Shown here piece after piece: positions 8,615 through 17,636 of a DNA stretch of 64,000 bases. A program made the position numbers and the translations under genes. Within the stretch, counting starts at the first letter, position 1; each line of letters begins with the position of its first letter. Source of the DNA: Candidatus Latescibacterota bacterium. GTDB taxonomy: Bacteria > Latescibacterota > UBA2968. Below the pieces are notes generated by a model. That model saw nothing but the letters and a program-made list of their open reading frames with translations. It was not told the DNA's origin and did no database searches. The stretch lies in the NCBI GenBank assembly GCA_965198115.1, contig OZ240241.1:5120001-5184000 (forward strand), given 5' to 3'.

Positions 8615-10612
8615 ATGGCAGGTACGGTTACCATATCTGAAAACGAGCTGGAAGCGACGATCTCCTCGATCAGTGCCAACGACGAGGTCGAAGCCATCGT
8701 TGAGCTGTTGAAGTCGCACGGGGTCGTGGATGGTCTTCAGAGCAGCGCCATTTTCACCGCGATTTCAGAGGCCAAGGAGGGCGGGAAGGCTGCGGAGAAT
8801 CTGGTGGTCGCAGCCGGTGAGCCCCCGATTCCGGAGAAACCACCGGCGCTCGAGATCTGTCCCCGTCTGCGCGAAGATGTGAAGCTCGAGTCCCTGGCAT
8901 CCGTCGTGAAGCTCCTGGCGTGCGAGGCCAAGGAAGACGTGATGGAAGCTGCACGCGGATCGTTCTCGGCGTTCGTTGTTGCTGCGGGCGATTTGCTCGC
9001 GAAGCGCGTGATCGGTGAAGTCAAACCGGGGATGACGGTAACGGGTAAGACCTTGACCAAAATCGATGAGGCGGGGTTGCCACCCCAGTTCGAACCGGGT
9101 CGCGGTGTGAAGCTTGCTAATGAGGAATATCGCGCGGAGCACGCGGGCTACGCCGGAACGTTCGACGGCCGGTTGTGTGTCGTCGCTCCCGTCTGGATTC
9201 CCGCTGAGGCCGCGATGGCTGCCGTTTTCTGCGTGTCCCTGGCGGACGGGTCTGCGACTCCAACGAAGGAGGATGTGATCGGGATGCTCGAAGCGGGAGG
9301 TGTCGAACACGGAATCGACGGGACCCGCGTCGATACGGTGCTCGACCGAATGGGATCGAAGGCGTTGATACCCGTGGCCTTCGCGACCGAGCCCGTCGAA
9401 CCGGTGGATGGCACCGCCATCTTTCATTTTGCTCACGAGTCGCTGTCGGGAGCCGTTCAGGATGACGGATCGATCGATTTGCGAGAGAGGTCCGAGTTTC
9501 CGTCCGTCGCCGCCGAGGCGCTCTTGGGCGAGTCGAAGCCACCCGTGCCGGGAACGCCGGGGACAACCGTTCGTGGCGACGAACTGCCGGTCAGGGAACC
9601 GGTGACGGTCGAGCTGGTGGCGGGGGATAAGGTCCGTGCGACGGGCGAAGGTGCCGAAGTGCAGCTGTTCGCGGAGATCAACGGTGGAGCGAACGTTCAG
9701 ACCGTGGAGTCGTCGACGCAGTTGACGCATACGGTTTCCGTCCGGGAGATCGCGCAGGTCTCCGGCAACGTCGACTACGAGACGGGCAACATCAATTTCG
9801 AAGGGAACGTGGAGGTCAAGGGCTCTGTCGTGAGTGGGTTCAAGGTCGAGGCGACGGGAGACGTCGTGGTGATGGAGAGCGTCGAGAATGGTGCGGAGGT
9901 TCACTGCGAGGGCAATCTGACCGTCAAGCAAGGTATTCAGGGTGAGAAGACGCACGTAACGGCGGGTGGGGATATCCGGGCGCGCTTCATTCAGGAGGCG
10001 CTCGTGGAGGCGGAAGGGGAGCTGATCGCCGAGAGCTATATCCGTGCGGCCGATGTTCGCTCACAGACACGCGTGGCGGTCGAAGCGAGTGGGGACAGCG
10101 GCGGCATCTTCGGAGGTGAGGTCTGGGCCCTCGATGAGGTCGTGTCGAACAACGTCGGTGCTGTGGGGACGGAGACCACGCTGATCGCATTGGGTGCGGT
10201 TCCGAAGATGTTCGAAGAGGTCGACGCTCTTCGAAAGGAGATCCAGCAGGCCGAGGCGTCGATGGCAAAGCTTCTGGGTGCTCTGGGATTGTCGTCTCTC
10301 GCAGCGGAGGAAGTCAAAGCTCTGGTGGAACGCAATCCTCGGCGAGCTGAAGCGATCGAGGACAAAGTGGCGGAGGCCACTGGATTCGCGGACACGATCG
10401 AGACGAGCAAAGAAAGCGTGAAGGCCCTCGCGGAACAGATCAGGTCGAAAGCGGCCACGGTCCACCTCGACGTGTCCAATACGGCCTTTCACAAGGTCCG
10501 TGTTCGCGTGGGGAACGCCGAGACGGTATTGACGGCCGACATCAAGGGCGCTCGTTTCAGGTTGAAGAAGAAGGACGGGCAGGAGGAGGTGGGGTGGGAT
10601 AGTCTTACTTAG
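8615..10612 (+). CDS. FapA (DUF342) family protein
   Basis: GVVDG/GVEHGID N-terminal modules, DGSIDLRE, VSGNVDYETGNINFEGNVEVKGSV beta-helix and a C-terminal coiled coil. Confidence 0.85.
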   Translation: MAGTVTISENELEATISSISANDEVEAIVELLKSHGVVDGLQSSAIFTAISEAKEGGKAAENLVVAAGEPPIPEKPPALEICPRLREDVKLESLASVVKLLACEAKEDVMEAARGSFSAFVVAAGDLLAKRVIGEVKPGMTVTGKTLTKIDEAGLPPQFEPGRGVKLANEEYRAEHAGYAGTFDGRLCVVAPVWIPAEAAMAAVFCVSLADGSATPTKEDVIGMLEAGGVEHGIDGTRVDTVLDRMGSKALIPVAFATEPVEPVDGTAIFHFAHESLSGAVQDDGSIDLRERSEFPSVAAEALLGESKPPVPGTPGTTVRGDELPVREPVTVELVAGDKVRATGEGAEVQLFAEINGGANVQTVESSTQLTHTVSVREIAQVSGNVDYETGNINFEGNVEVKGSVVSGFKVEATGDVVVMESVENGAEVHCEGNLTVKQGIQGEKTHVTAGGDIRARFIQEALVEAEGELIAESYIRAADVRSQTRVAVEASGDSGGIFGGEVWALDEVVSNNVGAVGTETTLIALGAVPKMFEEVDALRKEIQQAEASMAKLLGALGLSSLAAEEVKALVERNPRRAEAIEDKVAEATGFADTIETSKESVKALAEQIRSKAATVHLDVSNTAFHKVRVRVGNAETVLTADIKGARFRLKKKDGQEEVGWDSLT

Positions 10613-10791
10613 ACCCCTCACGCGTTCGGGGCAAGTTCTGGGATGGTGGGAGAAGTGACCGTTGACCAGTGACAACTGACCAGTGACCAACGAAAGAACA
10701 GACGGCTTCGCCCCATTGTCAGGTGACAGATGGCAGAATAGCGGCTTCGTTCTATGCCGGGGGGCGAGGGAGAAGCTGACTGGGGGGAGTC

Positions 10792-12017
10792 GTGTCTGTT
10801 GAACCCGTGAAGTTTGCCGTGGTTGGTTTGGGGGGGTTCGGGGCGTCGCACCTCGAGGCAGTGGCCGATGTAGAGGCATTGGGTGTCGGGGTGCTGGATG
10901 CGGTCGTCTGTATCGATCCGGAAATCCACGGCAAGACCCTGGCCGACTTTCGTGAGCGTGGGGTCCGCATTTTCGATGATGTGCCGGCCCTACTGGACGC
11001 GGGCGACGTTGACGTCGTCACGCTGCCGGTCGGGATCCACGATCACGTTCCGCTGAGTGTCGCGAGTGTGGAGGCGGGGTTCGACGTCATTGTCGAGAAA
11101 CCGCTCACGTCAGTCGTACAGGAGGCCGATCGGCTGATCGAAGCGCGGGACCGAACCTCCAGGGCCGTCATCGTCGGCTACCAGTTTCTTTACAGCGAGA
11201 CCATCCGGGCTCTGAAGACGCGAGCCATCGACGGAAGGCTCGGACGCATCGCGACCATCCGTGTTCGTGCCGGGTGGCCGAGGGGTGATGCCTACTACGC
11301 CAGGAACGGGTGGGCGGGACGGGTTCAGTTGGACGGGTTCTGGGTGCTCGACAGTCCGATCAACAACGCGATTTCGCACCACGTGATGAACGTCCTCTAC
11401 GTTTGCGGTGAACGATGACGACGGCGGTAGATGTGAGGACGGTGCAGGCTGAACTTTATCGCGCCAGAGATATCGAGAGTCTGGATACGGCCTCCCTGCG
11501 AGCAACGACGGAGAATGGCGTGGCCGTTCACATCGCGATGTCCCACGTCACTGACGAACTCTTCGGCCCTGTGATGGAGATGCAATGCGAGAAGGCCTCG
11601 GTGTGTTGGAGCCCCGGCCGCGCGGAGATCGCATACCATAGCGGCTCGACGGAGATACTCGAAGACGATGCGACACCCCCGCTGTGCACTCGGTCCTTCC
11701 TCAACATGATTGCAGTTCTCAGAGAAGGTGGGGTTGCCTGGTCAACGCTCGAGATCGCCCGTGCCCAGACCTTGTGCATTGACGCCGCTCACGAGAGCTG
11801 CTCCGAGATTCATACGATCCCCGATACAGCCGTGGAGCGTGTGGACCGCGACGGCGATTGTTTTCGGGTCGTCGATGGGATGGATGACCTCCTCATCGAG
11901 GGAGCGAAACAGGACAAGCTGTTTTCGGAGATGGGAGTTCCGTGGGCGGTGTCGACGGCACCTTTTGATACGTCGGGCTATCGCGCGTATCCGACCAACA
12001 GAGGTGGTGACCCCTGA
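10792..12017 (+). pseudogene. Gfo/Idh/MocA oxidoreductase split by a frameshift near 11415
   Basis: 10792-11418 has AVVGLGGFG, VIVEKP and DSPINNAISH. 11415-12017 continues the same family (VQAELYRARDIESLDT) in another frame. Could be a sequencing indel. Confidence 0.75.
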
Positions 12018-12349
12018 CGAAGGTGGCGGATGGTGGCAGGCCCCAGGGTGGCTTCGCCGTATTGTCGAGGCAGAAAATAGACAGAATGGTCAAGGTTCCG
12101 CGAGTATAGCTGGAGCCTTTTGCGTGTACGATTCAGACGTAGTGGGTAGGATGCCTGAATGTGATGGCGTTACCCAGGATGTCCGGCGCGGCTGCGGAGA
12201 GGATCAACGGGATGAGATACGGGGTCGTGGATCGGATCTGGTCGTTGCAAGGGGCGGACGGGAACCGGCAGTTTTCGAGTGCCACGCTGGCGAGGACGAG
12301 CTATACTTGGTCGACCCCTAAAGCGTATCAAGGACACGAATCGGCAACG

Positions 12350-13450
12350 ATGAACTCGCAGTCACCAAACGAAGACCTGCGTATTCTGGTTGTGGACGAC
12401 ACGCTCCGGAACATCCAGATTCTGGATGCCGTTCTCGAAAAGGAGGGCTACAGGATCAACGTCGCGACGAGCGGCCCACAGGCGCTGGAGATCGTGAAAC
12501 GCGCCCGACCGCATCTCGTTCTGCTCGATGTGATGATGCCCGAAATGGACGGTTTCGAGGTGTGTCGTCGTTTGAAAGCGGACGCCGCGTATCGGGACAT
12601 TCCCGTGATTTTCCTGACGGCCCGGACGGAGACCGAGGATCTCGTCGAGGGTTTCGAAGTCGGGGCGGTCGACTACGTCACTAAGCCTTTCAACAGCACC
12701 GAATTGCTCGTGCGCGTCAAGACGCACCTGAGCCTCTACCTGCTCCAGACCGCGCTCGTGAACAGCCTCGATGAAAACGCCCGAATCAAACGCGAACACG
12801 AAGCGTTCCTGCGCCACGAATTGAACAACCGCATCACGACGATCATGGGCTACTCACATTTACTCAAGGTGCAGATGACGGAAGAAAAGCCACAGAAGTG
12901 GGCAGACCACATCCACCAGAGCGCCGAAGACATGTCGGATCTGATCAACACCCTCCGTGCGCTACAGGACATCGAGGCGGGCACGACCGAAGTGACAAGG
13001 CAGGAAATGGATCTGGTCGAGCTGATCAAGAAAGTGGCTGCCGACCTGGGTGTGGCTTTTGGCGGGCGCGCGGAGATCGAGTTGGCCCTGCCCGATCCGC
13101 CGGTCAAGATTCTCGGAGACGCCAACCTGCTGTTCGGGGTTTACCACAACCTGGCGAAGAACGCTGTCGAGCATATCGTGGAGCACGAGGTGGTCGATTC
13201 CACGATCGGTATTGCCCTGTCGGTCCAGGAGCAGGAAGCGTCGGTGGCGATCCACAACGGCGGACCTCCGATTCCGGCCGAGCTGATCGCCTCGTTTTTT
13301 GAAAAGTTCAATACCCACGGGAAGCAGGGAGGGACCGGTCTGGGCACATCCTACGCCCACCTGGTCACAACCGCCCACGGTGGGGAGATCGATGTTCAGT
13401 CCAGCGAAAGAGATGGTACGACGGTGACTGTACGGTTGCCCTCAGGCTGA
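12350..13450 (+). CDS. Hybrid response regulator / histidine kinase (REC-HisKA-HATPase)
   Basis: ILVVDD, LLDVMMPEMDG, FLTA and KPF; H-box FLRHELNN; N-box NLAKNA; GTGLG. Confidence 0.93.
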   Translation: MNSQSPNEDLRILVVDDTLRNIQILDAVLEKEGYRINVATSGPQALEIVKRARPHLVLLDVMMPEMDGFEVCRRLKADAAYRDIPVIFLTARTETEDLVEGFEVGAVDYVTKPFNSTELLVRVKTHLSLYLLQTALVNSLDENARIKREHEAFLRHELNNRITTIMGYSHLLKVQMTEEKPQKWADHIHQSAEDMSDLINTLRALQDIEAGTTEVTRQEMDLVELIKKVAADLGVAFGGRAEIELALPDPPVKILGDANLLFGVYHNLAKNAVEHIVEHEVVDSTIGIALSVQEQEASVAIHNGGPPIPAELIASFFEKFNTHGKQGGTGLGTSYAHLVTTAHGGEIDVQSSERDGTTVTVRLPSG

Positions 13451-13621
13451 CTGTTTCTCTTCCACCGACTCCGTCCCTCCCGTGTCCTCCTCCTCGACTT
13501 CGTCGTCGATGACCTGTGTCGACGCTGAAATTTCGTCGACCCCGGACAGTTCGAACAGGGGGCGCTCCAGGTCTTCGGCGAAGATCCGCTGAACCTCTCC
13601 GATCATCACCTTCAGATCCGC
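13442..13621 (-). pseudogene. 3' remnant of an unknown gene cut by ISAzo13
   Basis: Open, protein-like frame ADLKVMIGEVQRIFAEDLERPLFELSGVDEISASTQVIDDEVEEEDTGGTESVEEKQSA* begins at the IS end. Confidence 0.5.
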
Positions 13622-13624
13622 TAA

Positions 13625-14916
13625 GGGTTCGGAATAAATAAACGGTCGATCTCAATGTTGAGCCATTGGCCGGATCGTGTAGTTCCAGTCGCCGTGGAAA
13701 TCGTGCGGAGTGAGATCGATTTGGGTCATCTGTTCATCGGTCACCTTGACCCCGTTAGGGTAGGGTCGCTTGTCGATCTCGGAGCGTACTCGGAGACCGG
13801 CTTGAGTGGTCGTTCCGGCAATGAGATTCACGGTTGCAGCCAGGCTGACCAGGGGCTTGCCTCGCCCAGTTCATAGCGATGAAGGAGAACAGGCGATGTT
13901 CGATCTTGTTCCACTTACTAGTGCCAGGAGGGTAGTGGCATACGGTGATCGTCAGGCCAGTGCGATTCGCAAAGCGCTGCAGCTCCCACTTCCACAGCCG
14001 CGTCTTGGCACCGTTGCTGCCGCCTGCGTCCGCCGTGATTAGCAGATGCGTCGAAGTGCCGTAGGCGGGCCGTCCCATGTTCTTCCACCAACTTCGGATC
14101 GCATTCACGGCGAAGCTGGCCGTGTCGTGATCGATACCGACACTTACCCAGCCTTCATCACGGCTCAGATCATACACTCCATAAGGGATCGCCTTGCCCT
14201 GAGCAGGCACTATGAAATCGTGTACCTTCACACGCTCCGGGTCTCCCTTGGGTCGCCATTCTCGGCCAGGATTCTTGAAGTCGCCGATCAACTCTTTCTT
14301 CTTGGTGTCCACCGAGATAACGGGAAGGCCCTGCTGCTGCTGCTGGCTAATCCGATCATCGAGGTAAACGAACTGAGCGTCCCTCCGGGTGTGCAGATCC
14401 CTCCCTTGTCTTCCGATTCGCCTGCAGCGTGTAATCGTGTTCGTGCAGGAGATTGGCAACGATCCTGGGGCTCACCGAATGCCCCATCGCTTGCAACTCG
14501 GCGGCCAGTTTGCGAGTGCTCTTCGATGTCCATCTCAGAGGATTGTCGTCAGGCGACCCCGCAGTCGTTGGCTCGACCAGATCATTCAGGTCCTGCCACA
14601 GCGTCGGGTCCGTGTCGGCCTTCCGCTTACGACCGCCGCCTGGACGCCGGATGCGAGCCGGGTCCAAAGGTTCGTCCGACCTCAACTCCTGAATGCCACG
14701 AAAGATCCGCTCTCTGGACATTCCTGTCGCCAGAGCCACAATCGCGATCCCACCGTGACCCAACGCTTCGGCTTCCGTGGCGGCCCACAGACGACGCGTG
14801 CGTTCCGTCAGCACCGGAGCCAAGGCTTCATACTTCGTTCGGAGAGTTTCGACGTCCACACTCCGAGCGTAAGATCATTACCTTGAAAAGTGCAGCACTT
14901 ATTTCGTGGCAAACCC
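13625..14916 (-). mobile_element. ISAzo13-family IS, copy A
   Basis: Imperfect inverted ends GGGTTCGGAATAAATAA / GGGTTTGCCACGAAATAA. Flanks are TAA (left) and TTA (right). Near-identical to 49034-50318. Confidence 0.9.
13652..14859 (-). pseudogene. ISAzo13 transposase with two frameshifts
   Basis: RIRRPGGGRK, LRWTSKS, ISVDTKKKE, ADAGGSNG and YPPGTSKWNKIEHRLF motifs. 2-bp deletion near 14393 relative to copy B, plus an extra base near 13865. The true C-terminus ...FHGDWNYTIRPMAQH* is out of frame. Confidence 0.9.
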
Positions 14917-14981
14917 TTAGTGAGACCCACGTAGAGCACCTTCGAAATGCTGGAGAGGATATATACGCAGAATTCTCGCAT
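14917..14981 (-). pseudogene. 5' fragment of a GIY-YIG nuclease truncated by ISAzo13
   Basis: MREFCVYILSSISKVLYVGLT matches the VYIL...LYVG.T start of small GIY-YIG nucleases. Preceded by TGTCATTTCGAC REP-like palindromes. Confidence 0.7.
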
Positions 14982-15051
14982 AGGGACGAGTCTACTCAGA
15001 TTCAATCAGGCGTGCAACTCGTTGGACCCTGAGCGCCGGTCATCACCCGGG

Positions 15052-15282
15052 TGTCATTTCGACACGGTCTGGCGTGGATACGATGCGAATTCGTTCGCGG
15101 AGCCGAACGAACCGTGGAGAAATCTCCGCGCGACAACTGTGGTAAGAGACAAGTATCGCCAGCAGTACACTTTGGTACGCGACTGATGACGGTTCTACCG
15201 ACAGTCTTTACGAAACACTTACGCGTTGAGATCCCTCACCCCTGGTGATTGCCGAAGGCACCACGCGAGGTTCGAGATGACA
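15052..15282. repeat. REP/REPIN-like pair (TGTCATTTCGAC...GAGAAATCT and GAGATCCC...GAGATGACA)
   Basis: The 18-mer TGTCATTTCGACACGGTC recurs inverted at 26071-26088. The segment 15228-15262 recurs at 16439-16473. Confidence 0.7.
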
Positions 15283-15288
15283 GGCGGG

Positions 15289-16290
15289 TCACGCTCGTCG
15301 CGGTGGTATCGGCGATGAGACGGCGATGAGGTCGTGGCGGTTGTAGTCGAAGGCGAAGTGGACGAAGGATTCGTCTTCCGTCACGAAACCGTCGGGGTAG
15401 GAAAGCTGACCCGGGAAGTCGGTGATCGTGCGTTTGTAATTCCACGATACCATATCGTCGTCCGAGATCCACATCGCCAGCGGGTTGCGTACGCGCAGCG
15501 TGGCATTGGGGTTGTGGATCAGCACGATTCTACCATCGCTCAATCGGTGAAGCCGGAACTTCGTTCCCGGATTGGGGATGTCCGTGTCTGCCCAGGCTGA
15601 CCACGTCCTGCCTCGATCCTTCGATTCGCTCCGTGACAGCCGACCCGTTCCATCCGCACGACACAACATCACCAGCCGTCCATCACCGATCTCGACCAGA
15701 TTTGCCTCATTCCATCCAGCCTGAGGTCCCACGATCGCCGATTTCGTCCACGTGGCACCCTCATCCTCGCTGATCAGCACACCGTTCACACCTTGCTGGA
15801 ACGACCCATCGTCCAGGTGGGACGGCATCGGATCATCCGCAACGTCATACGACTGAAAAGGTAGATACCACGTTCCCCACGTGGCCACGTAGAGATTCCG
15901 GATGAACGTCCGGCGCGGGAGCGGCTCGAAGGGCACGGGGTCCGACCACGTCCGGCCGCCATCCTTACTCGCGAACGTGAACACGCGCCAATCCTCGAAC
16001 CGCCCTTCGTGCGAATGACCGAAGATCGTCATCACGCCGTTCAGAACGATCACCTCGGAGAGCAGACATCCTCGGTCTTCATACGCGAGCACCGGTTCCG
16101 GCTTGCTCCAAGTGGCTCCAGCATCGGTGGTCCGACAGAGTGCGATGTAGTTCTCTTTCTGCGGCTCGTGATCGCCTCCTGTCATGAAGACGATCACCCA
16201 TTCGTCCTCGCTGACGGGACGAAGCGCCTGGTCGCAGACGCAATGGTCGCCCGGGGTGCCCTTGTAGACGTGAACGAGTCGGTCTTGCAT
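15289..16290 (-). CDS. BNR/Asp-box sialidase-like protein
   Basis: Asp-boxes TTDAGATW, SKDGGRTW, SEDEGATW, SKDRGRTW and SDDDMVSW; RNPL and LSYPD motifs. Confidence 0.88.
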   Translation of the reverse strand: MQDRLVHVYKGTPGDHCVCDQALRPVSEDEWVIVFMTGGDHEPQKENYIALCRTTDAGATWSKPEPVLAYEDRGCLLSEVIVLNGVMTIFGHSHEGRFEDWRVFTFASKDGGRTWSDPVPFEPLPRRTFIRNLYVATWGTWYLPFQSYDVADDPMPSHLDDGSFQQGVNGVLISEDEGATWTKSAIVGPQAGWNEANLVEIGDGRLVMLCRADGTGRLSRSESKDRGRTWSAWADTDIPNPGTKFRLHRLSDGRIVLIHNPNATLRVRNPLAMWISDDDMVSWNYKRTITDFPGQLSYPDGFVTEDESFVHFAFDYNRHDLIAVSSPIPPRRA

Positions 16291-16526
16291 ATCGTGCTCC
16301 GCATAAGAATAAGATGACCCAAGTGTCATTCGACCAGGAACATGACCTATCCTGTTGAGCGACAGGCGATTCTGCACGCCGGACTTGGCACGAGGAGTGG
16401 CGTTTCACGTCTTGGGGCTTCGCGTGGCTCTTCGTGCTGAGATCTCTCACCCCTGGTGATGGCCGAAGGCACCTTACGGGGTTCTCTCGCTTCGCTCGAG
16501 ACAGGCTCCTGACAGGCGGGCGCAGG

Positions 16527-17477
16527 TCATCGCTCCAGGAGATTCCGTTCGATTCGGTGAGGGATTCCGTCTTCGTCCGGATTCATCTCGAAGCCGGCTG
16601 CGGCAAACACGATTCCCAGGTTGGCGTTCCAGGCGATATAGGTGCCCCCGGCTCCCGCGCCCCACGCCCACTTTCGATCGGCGCCTGGAAAATAGTCACC
16701 ATCTGAATTCGTCCAGGTCAGGAACCCGTACGGGCATTCACGAAATGCTTCACTGAACGCCCTGAGGTGGCTGATCCCGTCGTTGGGGCCTTCGTAGTTC
16801 ACACCCATTCCGTGTGTCTGCTTCGTTTCCATCTGTTCCACAAAACCCTCGGGCAGGATGCGCTTCCCCCTCCAGCAGCCACGCGCCAGCGCGAACAGAC
16901 CGAGACGCCCCATGTGATCGAGACTGATCACAAAACGCACACCGTCATCCATTTGGCTGGCCTCGTCGAACACGACGCGGGTCGACCAGCCTTCCATTCC
17001 GATCGCATCGAAGTAAGCCATCCTGGCAACTTCGTCATACGCATCGTAGAAATCGGCTTTGCCGTAGACTCTGGCGAGTGCGTTGCAGAGGTGCACCAGG
17101 TTAAGATCCGAGTATGTCCACATTTCACCCGGTTTATACGCGGGATACCCGTCATAGGGATAGTCGAATCCGGCGCTCTGCGTCATGACATCGCGCCAGG
17201 TTGCGTCTCGCTGAGACATCGGCAGGTCCACCCAATCACCGATTTTCTGATCGATGGACGGGATGCGTCCCTGGTGGACAGCCGCTCCGACGATCATCGC
17301 GTGCCAGGTCTTCCGGAGGGAGGCAACATCCAACGTCTCGTCGAAATCTCCCTCGTGGTGGAGAAGATAGCCCCACCTCCAGATTCCCCACCGCGCTTCA
17401 CGTCTCGAATTAGGATGGGTCTGGACGAAATCCCTTATCGCGCCGATGATCCCTTCGGCGATTCCCGCTTCGCCCAA
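16527..17477 (-). CDS. Serine hydrolase (beta-lactamase/class C-like); N-terminus possibly frameshifted
   Basis: VASLRKT (SxxK), PGEMWTYSD, DHMGRLGLF and YGFLTW motifs. An upstream GTG reading NDLSFP (~17536) is in another frame. Confidence 0.75.
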   Translation of the reverse strand: MGEAGIAEGIIGAIRDFVQTHPNSRREARWGIWRWGYLLHHEGDFDETLDVASLRKTWHAMIVGAAVHQGRIPSIDQKIGDWVDLPMSQRDATWRDVMTQSAGFDYPYDGYPAYKPGEMWTYSDLNLVHLCNALARVYGKADFYDAYDEVARMAYFDAIGMEGWSTRVVFDEASQMDDGVRFVISLDHMGRLGLFALARGCWRGKRILPEGFVEQMETKQTHGMGVNYEGPNDGISHLRAFSEAFRECPYGFLTWTNSDGDYFPGADRKWAWGAGAGGTYIAWNANLGIVFAAAGFEMNPDEDGIPHRIERNLLER

Positions 17478-17636
17478 CGGACACCGGGACCATCGCCCCG
17501 GCCCACACCATCATCAGGGAAGCTCAGATCGTTCACGCTACCACACCTTCTTCTGACGTAAGAGGGGAATCTCACGCATAAGATTGCGCTGTTTGGCACC
17601 GATCGGTAATTTCCTAAACCTTGAAATAGGAGACCG

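Noticed and set aside
11410-11420. Programmed frameshift or a genuine two-gene split in the oxidoreductase
   Set aside because: The ATGA overlap is present, but the break falls mid-domain with no slippery site; a simple indel is more parsimonious.
16527-17477. Antibiotic resistance calls for the serine hydrolase, MBL-fold protein and APH-like fragment
   Set aside because: Fold-level motifs only; these families are mostly not resistance enzymes, and the APH-like gene is truncated.
17590-17612. Sigma54 promoters at TGGCAC motifs (17594, 16387, 20124, 51981)
   Set aside because: None has a correctly spaced TTGC -12 element.
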